Shown here: piece by piece, positions 1 through 11,200 of the stretch
Layout of the letters: the number at the start of each line of letters is the position of its first letter
Position numbering within the stretch: position 1 is the first letter of the stretch
Virus record (IMG/VR): IMGVR_UViG_3300046804_001132
Span: 8,091 to 72,090 of that record
DNA length: 64,000 bases
Source: a virus
Reading direction: 5' to 3' (one strand)
Notes under the pieces: generated by a model
Seen by the model: only the letters and a program-made list of their open reading frames with translations
Told to the model about the DNA's origin: nothing
Database searches by the model: none
Made by a program: the position numbers and the translations under genes

Positions 1-774
1 GACATTATGGCAGCAATGACTTCACTTGTTGGAGATCAAATGGCTGCACAATATAACATTGATTACTTTGAGAATAAGGCTGTTCCACGATACATCGTTA
101 CCGTAAAGGGGGCGAAGTTGACCCCAGAGGCAGAGGATAAACTGTTTAGATTCTTGCAGACAGGACTCAAAGGTCAAAGTCATCGTACACTTTACATCCC
201 GCTTCCTGGGGATAGCGAAGGAAGCAAGATTGAATTTGAGATGCATCCAATTGAGTCTGGTGTACAAGAGGCTTCATTTGAGAAGTATCGTCGCCAGAAT
301 CGTGATGACATTCTTATGGCCCATCAGGTTCCTCTATCAAAGTTGGGCGGCGTAGATGGTGCAGCCGTTGCAGCAGCAATGTCTCAAGATCGTACATTCA
401 AAGAACAGGTTTCTCGTCCAGCACAGCAATACTTAGAAAAGATTATCAACAAGATTATTAAAGAAAAGACAGATGCAGTAGAGTTGAAGTTCAATGAACT
501 TACACTTACTGATGAAGTTGCTCAATCTCAAATATTCGAAAGATACCTTAAGACAAAGGCTATGCTTCCCAACGAAGTCCGTGAAAAAATTGGCTTGGCT
601 CAAATTGATGGTGGAGATGCACCATTAGAACTTACCGCTCGTCAAGCAACGGATGCTCGCGCAAATACAGCACAGAATCGCCAAAGAGATGCAGAAAGAG
701 CCAACAATCAATCAGATGGTGCAGCGGCAATTTCTGGAAGAAATCCTAAGGGCGAAGGCGCAAAAACATCATAA
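1..774 (+). CDS. Portal protein, C-terminal part (5'-truncated by window)
   Basis: Frame open from base 1; HK97-type portal motifs (YFENKAVPRYIVTVKG, DDILMAHQVP, PNEVREKIGL); directly upstream of protease and capsid. Confidence 0.85.
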   Translation, partial: DIMAAMTSLVGDQMAAQYNIDYFENKAVPRYIVTVKGAKLTPEAEDKLFRFLQTGLKGQSHRTLYIPLPGDSEGSKIEFEMHPIESGVQEASFEKYRRQNRDDILMAHQVPLSKLGGVDGAAVAAAMSQDRTFKEQVSRPAQQYLEKIINKIIKEKTDAVELKFNELTLTDEVAQSQIFERYLKTKAMLPNEVREKIGLAQIDGGDAPLELTARQATDARANTAQNRQRDAERANNQSDGAAAISGRNPKGEGAKTS

Positions 775-795
775 CAATTTAATAAAAGGTGTATA

Positions 796-2400
796 ATGGA
801 AAATAGTATGGATATAAATAAAGTTTCTTGGTCCACAGATAAGCAAAACATTAGACTATCAATGCCAATTGCAAAGGTAGATAAGGAACGTCGTATCGTT
901 TCTGGTTTTGCAACACTAGACAATGTTGACAAGCAAGGCGATATTGTTCCAGCAGAAGCAAGCATCAAGGCTTTTGAAACTTTCCGTGGCAATCTTAGAG
1001 AAATGCATCAGCCAGTTGCTGTTGGCAAGGTTGTTTCATTCAAAGAAGATAAGTATTTTGATCAAGAATCAAAGAAGTTTTATAATGGCGTTTTCGTTTC
1101 TGCTTATGTAAGCAAGGGTGCTCAGGATACATGGGAAAAGGTCCTTGACGGCACCCTCACAGGATTTTCTATCGGTGGTAGTATTGATAAGGCCGATGAT
1201 ATTTATGATGAGAATCTAGATAAGCCCATTCGTGTAATCAAAGAATATCAACTTAATGAACTATCCTTGGTTGACAATCCTGCAAACCAGTTTGCTAATG
1301 TTGTTAGCATTGAAAAAGGCGTAGCAACTGGATATCTTACCAAGGCAGTAATTGAAAATATCTTTTGGTGTAATTCTGATGACATTGTTCGTCTTTCAGG
1401 AGACAATTCTTCTGCTTGCCCCCAATGCGATAAGTCAATGTATAATATTGGTTTTGTTGAAAACAATGACATAGATAAGGCAAATGTTATTAAGTCAATT
1501 CTTCTTGAAACAAAGAGAAAAGAGTTATCAAAGTCAGTAAATGAGAACGCTTATGTCAAGTGTGATAACTTTTACGGCAAGGTAATTCAAATGATCGAAA
1601 AGGGATCAGCAAGAATTTCTAACGACGAAATGGCTCTTTTTGCAAAAGAAAATGACCCTATTGCCGTTATTCGTGTATATTCACAAAAAGAAGGTACAAT
1701 TGTACCAACGAGTCGTCGTGTTATTAAGAATGTTTCTTCATTAGAAACAATTAACACGATAAATAAATCGCAGGTAAAGGAGGTAAGCAAAATGGAAGAC
1801 ACAAATATTGAACCCACCTCTGTAGATGAGGTTGCCAAGTCAGACGTTATTGTTGTTGATGAATTCGATACAGATGTAACAAAGGCTGTAAATATGAATC
1901 AAGAGCAAATGAATCCTGAACCACAAACTGCATTCGCTGTTAAGGAAAATGCAGAGACAGAAATGGATGATGCAGGAGACAATCTAGCAACAGAGGCCGA
2001 TCCAAAAGCCGATGCCGCTGAAGATGCAGCAGAAGGCGAAATGGATGATCCAAATATGAAGGCAATGGGGCCAGGAGGAAAGGGTTATGACGCAGAACTT
2101 CATGCCACAAAGTCAATTCTTTCAGATGTTACTGTTGCCATTTCTAGCCTTGCCGAAACAATGAAGTCCATTAACGCTAAGATTGAGGACCTTAGCAAGG
2201 AAGTTACTGGAGTTCGTGGCGAGGTAAAGGAAGTAAAGGATAACTATGATAATTTTGGTAAGCGTGTAGACGCAGTAGAAAAGGATACCGCTTTCCGCAA
2301 GTCTGGCGATCTTGGCGAGATCGTGCAGGAAAATCCAGTAATTATGGAAAAATCCCTATGGGACGGTCGTTTCCTCACAAATGCCGACCTATTTAAATAA
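796..2400 (+). CDS. Prohead protease / scaffold polyprotein
   Basis: N-terminal HK97-type protease motifs (VSGFAT, REMHQ, GFSIGG, ELSLVDNPAN), CPQC knuckle, acidic linker, C-terminal coiled coil; start could be 796 or 808. Confidence 0.85.
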   Translation: MENSMDINKVSWSTDKQNIRLSMPIAKVDKERRIVSGFATLDNVDKQGDIVPAEASIKAFETFRGNLREMHQPVAVGKVVSFKEDKYFDQESKKFYNGVFVSAYVSKGAQDTWEKVLDGTLTGFSIGGSIDKADDIYDENLDKPIRVIKEYQLNELSLVDNPANQFANVVSIEKGVATGYLTKAVIENIFWCNSDDIVRLSGDNSSACPQCDKSMYNIGFVENNDIDKANVIKSILLETKRKELSKSVNENAYVKCDNFYGKVIQMIEKGSARISNDEMALFAKENDPIAVIRVYSQKEGTIVPTSRRVIKNVSSLETINTINKSQVKEVSKMEDTNIEPTSVDEVAKSDVIVVDEFDTDVTKAVNMNQEQMNPEPQTAFAVKENAETEMDDAGDNLATEADPKADAAEDAAEGEMDDPNMKAMGPGGKGYDAELHATKSILSDVTVAISSLAETMKSINAKIEDLSKEVTGVRGEVKEVKDNYDNFGKRVDAVEKDTAFRKSGDLGEIVQENPVIMEKSLWDGRFLTNADLFK

Positions 2401-2427
2401 TTAAACATACACAGGAGGTGAAAGTCA

Positions 2428-3522
2428 ATGTCACAAGATATTTTAAAGAATCAGCCTGGTCAGAGCGGAGAGTACGGAGGAACAGCCCCTGGGTTGTACC
2501 AAGGTCAAGGTTCCGTTGCATCAGGTGGTATCGGTACAGTTACCGATCCCGCAGCAGGTATTTTGGGAAACATCCCAAATGCTAATTACGGAGATGATAC
2601 TCCAATCAGTATCAATCCCGTAGGTGCTCCAGGTGGTATTCTAAACCCAGAACAGAGCCGTCGTTTTATCGACTACGTTTGGGATGGCACAGTTCTCGCA
2701 CAAGACGGTCGCAAGGTAACAATGCGTGCAAACACGATTGAACTTGAGAAGGTCAATGTAGGAGAGCGTGTAATCCGTGCCGCTGCTCAGGCAGATGGTG
2801 CTTACACAAACGCTGGTGCAACCTTTACCAAGGTTGATCTTACAACCAAGAAGATTCGTCTAGATTGGGAAGTTTCAACTGAGGCATTGGAAGATAACAT
2901 CGAAGGTAGTGCAGTAGAGGATCATCTAGTTCGTTTAATGACAAGTGCATTTGCAAACGACCTTGAGGATCTCGCCATCAATGGCGATGGTGGAGCCGAT
3001 CCATTCCTAGGAATCATGAACGGTTTCGTCAATCAAACTACAGGTGGTGACTCACATGAGGCCATTGTCACTGTTACAAACAACCAGTGGACCCCAGAAG
3101 TTCTTCAGTCAATCATCAATGCACTTCCTCGCCGTTACCGTGCAGTCCGTAGCGGTTTGAAGTTCTATGCAGGCACAGATACCTTTGCTGGTATCGTTGC
3201 AAGCAACGGAACTCTTGCCGATTCAGTCTACACATTCGGTGCTCGTGATACATATCTGTCAGGTGCAGATCAGGCAATCGGTAATGCTCGCATTACTCGC
3301 GCCCTTGGTCTTCCCGTCATGGAAGTTCCTTACTTCCCAGCAGATTATGTAGAACTCACATTCCCACAGAACCGCGTATGGGGCTTCCAGCGCGATATCT
3401 CTGTAAATCGTGAGTACCGTCCAAAGAAGGACACCATCGAATACACAGTATTCGTTCGTTTTGGTATCGCTTGGGAAGAATTGGATGCAATTGCTTACGC
3501 AGATGCAGCCTCTGATGCCTGA
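2428..3522 (+). CDS. Major capsid protein (HK97 fold)
   Basis: GGILNPEQSRRFIDY, EALEDNIEG, DLEDLAINGD motifs; strong RBS AGGAGGT; follows scaffold; terminator downstream. Confidence 0.9.
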   Translation: MSQDILKNQPGQSGEYGGTAPGLYQGQGSVASGGIGTVTDPAAGILGNIPNANYGDDTPISINPVGAPGGILNPEQSRRFIDYVWDGTVLAQDGRKVTMRANTIELEKVNVGERVIRAAAQADGAYTNAGATFTKVDLTTKKIRLDWEVSTEALEDNIEGSAVEDHLVRLMTSAFANDLEDLAINGDGGADPFLGIMNGFVNQTTGGDSHEAIVTVTNNQWTPEVLQSIINALPRRYRAVRSGLKFYAGTDTFAGIVASNGTLADSVYTFGARDTYLSGADQAIGNARITRALGLPVMEVPYFPADYVELTFPQNRVWGFQRDISVNREYRPKKDTIEYTVFVRFGIAWEELDAIAYADAASDA

Positions 3523-3545
3523 TTAGATAACTGAAATATACGGCG

Positions 3546-3571
3546 GGGAGGCAGCCTAAAAACTGCCTCCC
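3546..3571 (+). terminator. Intrinsic terminator-like hairpin after capsid gene
   Basis: GGGAGGCAG...CTGCCTCCC inverted repeat. Confidence 0.7.
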
Positions 3572-3610
3572 TTAAGTATATTCTGATATAATTGAGAAGG
3601 AGGTACTAAC

Positions 3611-4078
3611 ATGTCAGAAAATCTAACTGAGTTGACAGTTAAGGAATTGAAGGAATATGCTGATACAAACAGCATTGACCTTGAGGAAGCAAAGACAAAG
3701 GCAGACATAGTTGCAAAGATCAGTGGAGTTACTTCATCAATTACTGAGGTAAAGCCAGAAGAAAATAGCGATCAGATCGTTATTACTGGTCCAGATCAAG
3801 CACCAAAGGCTCCAGCCGTATCTAACCTTAATTCTGAAAAAGACGGAATTATTGGATCAAAGGTTGCCGACAAGCCTGTTGCCAAGGTCAAGCACAAGGA
3901 AGAAGCAGTAGAGAAGGTTGCTATTTGGTCACCCAAGAATTCTTATTGGGAAGGTATAGGAAAGGTAAAGGCTGGCTACAATATTGTCACCAAGGAGGCT
4001 TCCGCTAAGTGGCTTACTCGTAAGGGTGTTAGACTAGCAACACCACAAGAGATGGCTACCTTTTACGGGAAAGAATAA
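3611..4078 (+). CDS. Head-associated protein with N-terminal HeH/Rho-N-like motif
   Basis: LTVKELKEYA...IDL...KTKADIV motif; RBS AGGAGGT; position after capsid. Confidence 0.55.
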   Translation: MSENLTELTVKELKEYADTNSIDLEEAKTKADIVAKISGVTSSITEVKPEENSDQIVITGPDQAPKAPAVSNLNSEKDGIIGSKVADKPVAKVKHKEEAVEKVAIWSPKNSYWEGIGKVKAGYNIVTKEASAKWLTRKGVRLATPQEMATFYGKE

Positions 4079-5019
4079 TGGAGATTGCTAGATTAGAGCC
4101 ATTCCCACTTGTAATAACATATTCTGATCTGGAAAATGATTCAGAGTACAATGTTGTAATTTCTGATGATCATAGTAATGTTCTTGAAAATATTACAGCA
4201 ACAAGTAATGGGAGTGGCAATCTAGCAGTCACATTAACAGACTATTTTTCAAAATATGATGACGAATACATGGTTCAAATTTTTGATGCCGATGATGTTC
4301 TTGTCGTACTAGATACGCTTACAATTATGCGTCCATATGTTATTCCTAGTTCTCTTGCTACAACAGAAGAAGAATTAATAAGCATTACAGACTATGAAAT
4401 GATTGCCCGTGCGATTATTAACTCTATTACTGGTGGATTTAAGTATACCCTTGAAAGAATTGAGGCAGTTGGACTTGGAACAGATTATTTATCACTTCCA
4501 TATCGCCTAAACAAAATTTTGCAGGTATATGAAAATAACGTTTTAGTATATGACTCAGAAGATCCAGAGTTTGTCAATGTAAGAGAATATTATATTACCC
4601 CAGACAAGGCAACCATTAGTGTTGTTTATCAGGGGGCATGGGATAGAAGACAAGGAAACTCTGTAGACACAGAACTTGCTGCATCAGACTCATTTACACT
4701 TCACAATACCAATGACTCTCCCAACATCATTCAGGCAAGAACTGGCGTGCCAGCATTTCCAAATGGATGGGATTATACAGTTAATGTTGAAGCAGGATGG
4801 CCTATTATTCCGCTTGATATAAAGCAAGCAACAACTCTCATCATTAATGATATTAAGTGCAATAACTTGCCATATGTCAACCAATATATTTCAGAATACA
4901 AGAGCGATCAGTTTAATATCAAGTTTAGCGAGTTGGCATTTAAAGATACTGGAAACAGAATTGCTGACAGAATTCTATCCGCTTATGTTAGACCAATTTA
5001 TCGTCTTGGAGTGTTGTAA
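4078..5019 (+). CDS. Head-to-tail adaptor
   Basis: Position; AGWPIIPLDIKQAT and TGNRIADRIL adaptor-like motifs. Confidence 0.65.
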   Translation: MEIARLEPFPLVITYSDLENDSEYNVVISDDHSNVLENITATSNGSGNLAVTLTDYFSKYDDEYMVQIFDADDVLVVLDTLTIMRPYVIPSSLATTEEELISITDYEMIARAIINSITGGFKYTLERIEAVGLGTDYLSLPYRLNKILQVYENNVLVYDSEDPEFVNVREYYITPDKATISVVYQGAWDRRQGNSVDTELAASDSFTLHNTNDSPNIIQARTGVPAFPNGWDYTVNVEAGWPIIPLDIKQATTLIINDIKCNNLPYVNQYISEYKSDQFNIKFSELAFKDTGNRIADRILSAYVRPIYRLGVL

Positions 5020-5501
5020 TGCAACTGAGTCCATGTTATAGTTTGTTTTTTCCAATGCATGTTGATATTTATTATGCAGTAGAAGAACAAGACGCCTATG
5101 GGAAAATGACTAAAAAGTGGTTGCTTGATAGGACAGAACATTGCTCAATCTTTTCCATAAGTGATAAGGCTAATGACGAAAACTTTACTTTTGATTCTAC
5201 TAGAAGAGTCGGAACAGAATTCTTCAAATTAGAGACAATGCTTTATGGGAGAACTCAAACTGACATTAGAAAGGCTTCAGACGGGGTATACCATCCAGTT
5301 TCTCACATATTAGTTAAGAATATTCGTGGATTAGAAACAGATCCTTCATTCTTTATTGAAACAGTTGGTGGATATGTAGGACAACCAACTATCTATGAAA
5401 TAAAAGCAAATCAGCCATATGTTGGTCCATTTAACAATATTGAATATTACAAAGTTCAATTAGAAAGATCAGATATTCAAGGGGAGTTGCCAACATGCTA
5501 G
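5019..5501 (+). CDS. Head closure/stopper protein (putative)
   Basis: Synteny; EQDAYG motif; translational coupling. Confidence 0.55.
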   Translation: MQLSPCYSLFFPMHVDIYYAVEEQDAYGKMTKKWLLDRTEHCSIFSISDKANDENFTFDSTRRVGTEFFKLETMLYGRTQTDIRKASDGVYHPVSHILVKNIRGLETDPSFFIETVGGYVGQPTIYEIKANQPYVGPFNNIEYYKVQLERSDIQGELPTC

Positions 5502-6169
5502 CAGTAAAGGTTGATGCAATAAATCTGGGGAATATATTAAAGAATAGCGTTAATTATTCTAATGGCTTCATTGAAGGAGTAGAGTTAGAAAAAATTGAGT
5601 TTAACAGAATTTTGGGTGGGTATACTGTAGAGGCTTTAGGAAAGTATATTGATGCAAAAGCAAGAATGAACCCTAATGCCCTTCATCACGTTTATGAATG
5701 GGATTGTGTGGGACAGTCAAACTCAAGATTATTTAACTTTAGCGTAAATGCAACTCAGTCTAATATATCAATTACTGGGAAATTCCTTCCATCTAAAACA
5801 ATGAGTTCAACATCTATGCAGACTTTTCCAGACAAGGCAAATGTCATGGAAAATTCAATTGCCATAACTATTAAGCCAAAAAGATCAGATGTTCTAGTAT
5901 TTGAGGCTGATGGAGAAACAGTGTTTACAAGAAATTCTATTTATATAGAACATCCTGGTGGAGATGAAGTTGCTGGAAGTTTTGGCAATACGGTTGATGA
6001 TTTTTTCAACAACTACTTTACAAATTCTTTACTTAGACCCTTTATTGAAAAACTTTCTACTGCAAAAGAATTTTCTGAAAACTTTGCCCAGGGAACTAAG
6101 TCTGGCAAATCTGTAGGGGTAAAAGCAGGAAGAAAATATTTTGATATCTCTGGAGTTGTTATAGAATGA
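5495..6169 (+). CDS. Neck/tail completion protein (putative)
   Basis: Synteny in head-tail block. Confidence 0.45.
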   Translation: MLAVKVDAINLGNILKNSVNYSNGFIEGVELEKIEFNRILGGYTVEALGKYIDAKARMNPNALHHVYEWDCVGQSNSRLFNFSVNATQSNISITGKFLPSKTMSSTSMQTFPDKANVMENSIAITIKPKRSDVLVFEADGETVFTRNSIYIEHPGGDEVAGSFGNTVDDFFNNYFTNSLLRPFIEKLSTAKEFSENFAQGTKSGKSVGVKAGRKYFDISGVVIE

Positions 6170-6669
6170 GTCTTTCAGATCTTACCCTTCCAGTATTGAC
6201 TGTAAATGGATACCTTTGGGATACCATGAAGCAACTTGAGCCAACTTTCAATACCACATATGGATCTACCGTTCCATTTTTCCCACTAAGCGATTCTGCA
6301 AGCGGATCTGGATGGGAAAACAAGGCTTATGTAATCTATGACAGAATAATGAGAACAACCTCTAGCCCATTTTACCCAATAAAGAAAGATCATATAATTT
6401 ACAATATCAAGGCAAATGATATTGAATCCTTGCAATGGGGATTGGCCGTTCAGTATATTCTTGATAGATGTGATGATGCCGCACAGGATATAAACGAATG
6501 GAATAGAAATAGAGATACCCAATATAATGTATATTTTCATAATTTGAGGGTATATCAAGAAGATTCTTCAATCAACAGAAACTTCAGCACAAGACCATTC
6601 TATATTACTCAATTCATTGTTGAGGCAGAATATCATTTTACAGACTCAATAGAGTCTATTTTGTCATAA
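6166..6669 (+). CDS. Tail terminator protein (putative)
   Basis: Synteny immediately before major tail gene. Confidence 0.5.
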   Translation: MSLSDLTLPVLTVNGYLWDTMKQLEPTFNTTYGSTVPFFPLSDSASGSGWENKAYVIYDRIMRTTSSPFYPIKKDHIIYNIKANDIESLQWGLAVQYILDRCDDAAQDINEWNRNRDTQYNVYFHNLRVYQEDSSINRNFSTRPFYITQFIVEAEYHFTDSIESILS

Positions 6670-6731
6670 AAATGCTATATAATTGTAATGAGGAAACACC
6701 GCCAATCTAATTAAAGAAGAGGTGAAAAAAT

Positions 6732-7409
6732 ATGGCATATACCCGTGGTGATTCAAAGCAGATTATCGTTGGCGCAGCAGCACTTTTCGTCAGCGTAGAT
6801 GCAGAATTTGACCCAACAAATGCAAGCCCAACACTTCCAGATTTCGACGGTGATGTAAAGTACACAGAGACACTTTCCGATGCAACTACTGTTGTTCGCA
6901 ACATCGGTTACACAAGCAATGGTCTTGAACTACAATTCCAGCCAGATTTCGGTGAAGTACAAGTGGATCAGTTGCTAGACGTTGCAAAACTCTACAAGCA
7001 AGGTATGCAGGTTAACCTAAATACCAGTTTCGCAGAAGCAACACTTGAGAACCTTCTTGTTGCTATTGCAGCACAAGATGCAGATCTTGATGCTGATACA
7101 CAACTTGATAATCCACTAGAAAGTGGAACAAAGGCTGACGCTAGCGTTCTTAATGTAAAGTCAGGTGAAATTGGAGAATGTCCAGTAGAGCGTGGACTCA
7201 TTGCAGTAGGCCCAGGTACAGGAGACTGTGCTCCAGGCAACTACATTGAGCGCATTTACGTTGCTTACCGTGCATTGTCAATCGACAATGTTACAGTATC
7301 TGCAAAGCGCGATGCTCCTTCAATGTTCGACGTATCCTTCCGTTTGCTCCCAGCAAACAATGGTTCATACGGAAAGATTGTTGATCGTACCGTTGCAACA
7401 CCAGCATAA
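6732..7409 (+). CDS. Major tail protein
   Basis: IIVGAAALF, GYTSNGLEL, VDQLLD, TSFAEATLENL motifs; RBS GAGGTG; terminator after. Confidence 0.85.
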   Translation: MAYTRGDSKQIIVGAAALFVSVDAEFDPTNASPTLPDFDGDVKYTETLSDATTVVRNIGYTSNGLELQFQPDFGEVQVDQLLDVAKLYKQGMQVNLNTSFAEATLENLLVAIAAQDADLDADTQLDNPLESGTKADASVLNVKSGEIGECPVERGLIAVGPGTGDCAPGNYIERIYVAYRALSIDNVTVSAKRDAPSMFDVSFRLLPANNGSYGKIVDRTVATPA

Positions 7410-7433
7410 TTCAAAATAACTTAATAGTCGATT

Positions 7434-7459
7434 GCCCCTCTGGAAACAGGGGGGCTTTC
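7434..7459 (+). terminator. Intrinsic terminator-like hairpin after major tail gene
   Basis: GCCCCTCTG-GAAA-CAGGGGGGC followed by TTT. Confidence 0.7.
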
Positions 7460-7502
7460 GTCATGCTATAATATTTTCCACAATAGTTATGAAAGGACTA
7501 TA

Positions 7503-7838
7503 ATGCCAACATCAGTATATGAAACAACAGAAATTGAACTCCTTGATGGAAGCAAGGTAAAGATGCGTCCATTGAAGATCTCTCTTCTTAGAGACTTCAT
7601 GAAGAAGTTTGAAAGCATTCAGCAGGTTGCTGAAGATAATGACAAGTCTATGGATATTCTTATTGACTGTGTTCAGATTGCTATGAAGCAATATGCCCCA
7701 GATTTTGCGGTAGACCGTGAGAAGTTAGAAGACAATATTGATCTTCCTAGCGTATATAAGGTAATTGAGGCAGCCTCTGGAATCAAGTTTGATGATTCGG
7801 GAAACGCTCTGGCGACGGGGATTCTTGGTCAGAACTAG
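7503..7838 (+). CDS. Tail assembly chaperone (G-type)
   Basis: Between major tail and tape measure; in-frame slippery site G GGA AAC at 7799-7805. Confidence 0.8.
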   Translation: MPTSVYETTEIELLDGSKVKMRPLKISLLRDFMKKFESIQQVAEDNDKSMDILIDCVQIAMKQYAPDFAVDREKLEDNIDLPSVYKVIEAASGIKFDDSGNALATGILGQN

Positions 7839-8194
7839 ACCTAGTAAGATTAGAATCTGAATTATTCCTTTTAGGAATATGGAAGGATTATGAAGAGTTA
7901 GAAAATAATCTTTCTATGCCAGAACTTACTGCAATCCTCGTCGCTAAACGTGAATCAGATAATCAAGAGAAAAAGTTTCTTGCTGCTTTACAAGGGGTAG
8001 ATCTTGATAAAGAGTCTGGTGCGTCTTCTAATGCTTGGGAGGATATGAAGGCTCGCGTATTTAGCGGAGGAAAGGCTGCAAATTCAAAAGATATCCTTTC
8101 TTTATCTGGAATTAATGCACAGAAAGCAGGTTTTGGTATTGGCGATGGCTTGGAATATTCCAACGCTTCTAATGCAAAAAATCCTTTTGGGTAG
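7799..8194 (+). CDS. Tail assembly chaperone -1 frameshift extension (GT-type)
   Basis: -1 frame open from slippery site (RSGDGDSWSELDL...WKDYEELENNLSMPEL) into ORF 7916-8194. Confidence 0.8.
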   Translation, partial: GKRSGDGDSWSELDLVRLESELFLLGIWKDYEELENNLSMPELTAILVAKRESDNQEKKFLAALQGVDLDKESGASSNAWEDMKARVFSGGKAANSKDILSLSGINAQKAGFGIGDGLEYSNASNAKNPFG

Positions 8195-8221
8195 TGTATA
8201 ATTAAACAGAGGTGCTAATCT

Positions 8222-11200
8222 GTGGCTGATGTAAATGCAAATATAAATATTAATGTTGACCCTAGTGATGCACTAGCGTCATTAAAGAGTTTGCAAGACA
8301 GAATTACTCAGTTCAATAACTCTGTTATTAAAAGTAATACTGCTGCGGTAGCCGCTCAAAAAAGTCTATTAAATACTCTTAATGCTCAAATTGGTGTAGC
8401 AGGACAATTCTCTACGTCAATAGTAAATGTTGAGTCAAGCGTAAACAGGCTTGGAACGGCCATTGATAAAAATAAACTATCTCTTGGAGAATATTTTAGG
8501 TATGGTATTGCTTCAACAAAAAGTTTTGGCAAGGTATTTTCACAAGAACATAATGCTATTATGGATCTTGCTCAAGATAGAGTAAAAAGACTTCAAACTC
8601 AATATATAGCCCTTGAAAAAGCGCAAAATGGAGCAACAAAGGCAATGGCCGTAAGGCCAATGACCCTGTTTAATGCTGATACAGCAATAGCAATTCAAAG
8701 ACAGCAACTCTTTAATAAACTACTTCATGACGGAAGCACAAGCCTAATTAATTTTGGTAAGAATACGCAATGGGCTGGTCGTCAGTTGATGGTTGGATTT
8801 AGCGTTCCGTTAGCAGCATTTGGAGCAGCAGCAAGTAAAGTTTTCATGGATCTTGATAAGCAGTCAAGAGATTTTAAGCGTGTTTACGGAGATGCCTTTA
8901 CTACTCCAGAAGAGATAGATCAAAATCTTAAGGCTATTCAGGATCTAGGAAAAGAATACACTAAATATGGTATTGCTCTTTCTGACACAATGAATATTGG
9001 AGCAACTGCTGCTGCCGCTGGTATGAGAAACGATAAACTTACTGCTAATACAGAGCAGGCATTGAGGTTGGCAACTGTAGGTCAAATTGACTATCAACAG
9101 GCTTTGACAACGACTATTACTTTGCAAAATGCTTTTAAGATTAGCAACGAACAACTTGCGCCAACTGTTGATTTTATTGGTGCAGTGGCAAACCAAACTG
9201 TTCTTAGTGTAGACGATCTTACCGCCGCCATTCCTCGTGTTGCTCCAGTCATTCAAGGTTTGGGCGGTGACGTAAAGGATCTGGCCGTCATGTTGGTTGC
9301 TATGAAAGAGGGTGGAGTATCAGCAGAACAGGGAGCCAACGCATTAAAGTCTGGTTTGGCTTCACTAATTAATCCAACAAAAGCAGGTGCAAAAGCCGCT
9401 GAACAATATGGAATAAATATTAAAAAGATTGTTCAGGTAAATAGGGGCGACCTTATGGGTACAGTAGAGGCTTTTGGCGCTGCACTTGGAAAACTAGATC
9501 AATTTAGCCGTCAGCAAGTCCTTGAAAAAGTTTTTGGAAAATATCAATTTGCTCGTATTGGCGCATTGTTTGATAACATCAACAATAAGACTGGTCAAGT
9601 AAAGCAATCAATGGATCTTCTTGGCATGAGTGTTCAAGATCTTGCAGCAATGTCTGACAAATCTTTGAACCAAATTGCGGAATCCACAACTGCAAAGTTT
9701 CAATCAGCAGTAGAAAAGTTAAAGATTGCTATTGCTCCCATTGGAGAAACATTTCTTAAGGTTGCCACTCCAGTAATTGAGTTTGCAACAAAATTACTTG
9801 ATAAGTTTAATGAACTTAGTCCTGGAGTAAAGCAATTTATAACTATTTTAACAATTGGCCTTGGAGCAGTTGTTCCTGCAACCATCATGCTTGTAGGTCT
9901 TTTTGCCAACTTTGCTGGTAACATGATTAAAGGTTTGTCTTTAGTAAATACACTTTTTAATAAAATAAAAAGTGGTGGCTCTGTATTCAAGTATATGACT
10001 GGAGAAGAACTTGACGCAGCCGCAGCAGCATCTTCATTAGAAGGAAAAACAAATAGACTAACATCTGCTCTTAATGTTCAAAAAGAAGCAGTAATATCTT
10101 TAACTCGTGCATACGCTTCATATGTTCGTGGAGCAAATGCGGCAGCAGGAGGTTTGCCTCAAGGATTTAGGACACCTAGAAGAATGGCGACTGGTGGAAT
10201 TGTTCCTGGATCTGGAAATCAAGATTCTGTTCCAGCACTTCTTACTCCTGGAGAATCTGTAATAACAAAAAGTGCAACACAAAAATTTGGACCAATTCTT
10301 GAAGCAATGAATCAAGGTAAAATTGGAAGATTTGCCAAAGGCGACATTAATATTGGCGGTGGTGAAATATTAAATATTGCTACTGGAGGCGTAAAGCAGG
10401 ATGCAGCAATACAAAACATGGTTGATCGTGCTTTACAAGCAGGCCAAGGGGTGGCAGACTCACTTATTCAAATTCTTAGAGATATGCAATCTGCTCAACA
10501 AGTTGCAAGACAAGAAGGAATAGAACTTAAGGCTAGCGCAAAAGAAGTTAAAAGAGCAATGCTTGATGCTGGAATGTCCCTAAAGGGAGTTTCAGAAGCC
10601 AGATATAATGCAAGTTCTGCTGGTATAAAAGGGGGAATACAGCAGGGTATTGCACAAAATCCATTAATGAATCCTCAACAAGCACAACAAGAATTTGCTC
10701 GCGCTACCGCAGCGGCACAAGAAGCAAGAAGCGAAATAGCAAGATATTATGCTCAATTATTAGAAAACGATTCATTAGAACAAAGTCAAAGAATGGCATT
10801 GGAAAGTGAAAGAGATGCTGCATTAAGAAGTGCTACTCAAATTACTAGGGCGCATACAGCACAACTTTCCAATTTTGAAAAAACTTTTGCAGAAGCATGG
10901 GACCCAAGACTTTGGATGCCTCAAACTGAATCAGAAAATCAACTTTCAAACATTCTTGCTGGATCTGAAACAAATAGACAATTATATGAAAATCATTTAA
11001 GAAGTATTGTTCAGGATTCAGATCAAGCAGATTCCATAATGCGTAAGATTAATGGAAACTTGGCATTGACTGAAGAAGAATTGCAGATTCAATCCAGAGT
11101 TCTACAAGATATGTTGGCTACTACATCAACAATGTCCCGCGTTACTGGAGGATTTGCCCCAAGTGCAGTCGGGGCAGTAGGTGCTGCCAGAGCAAGAGCA

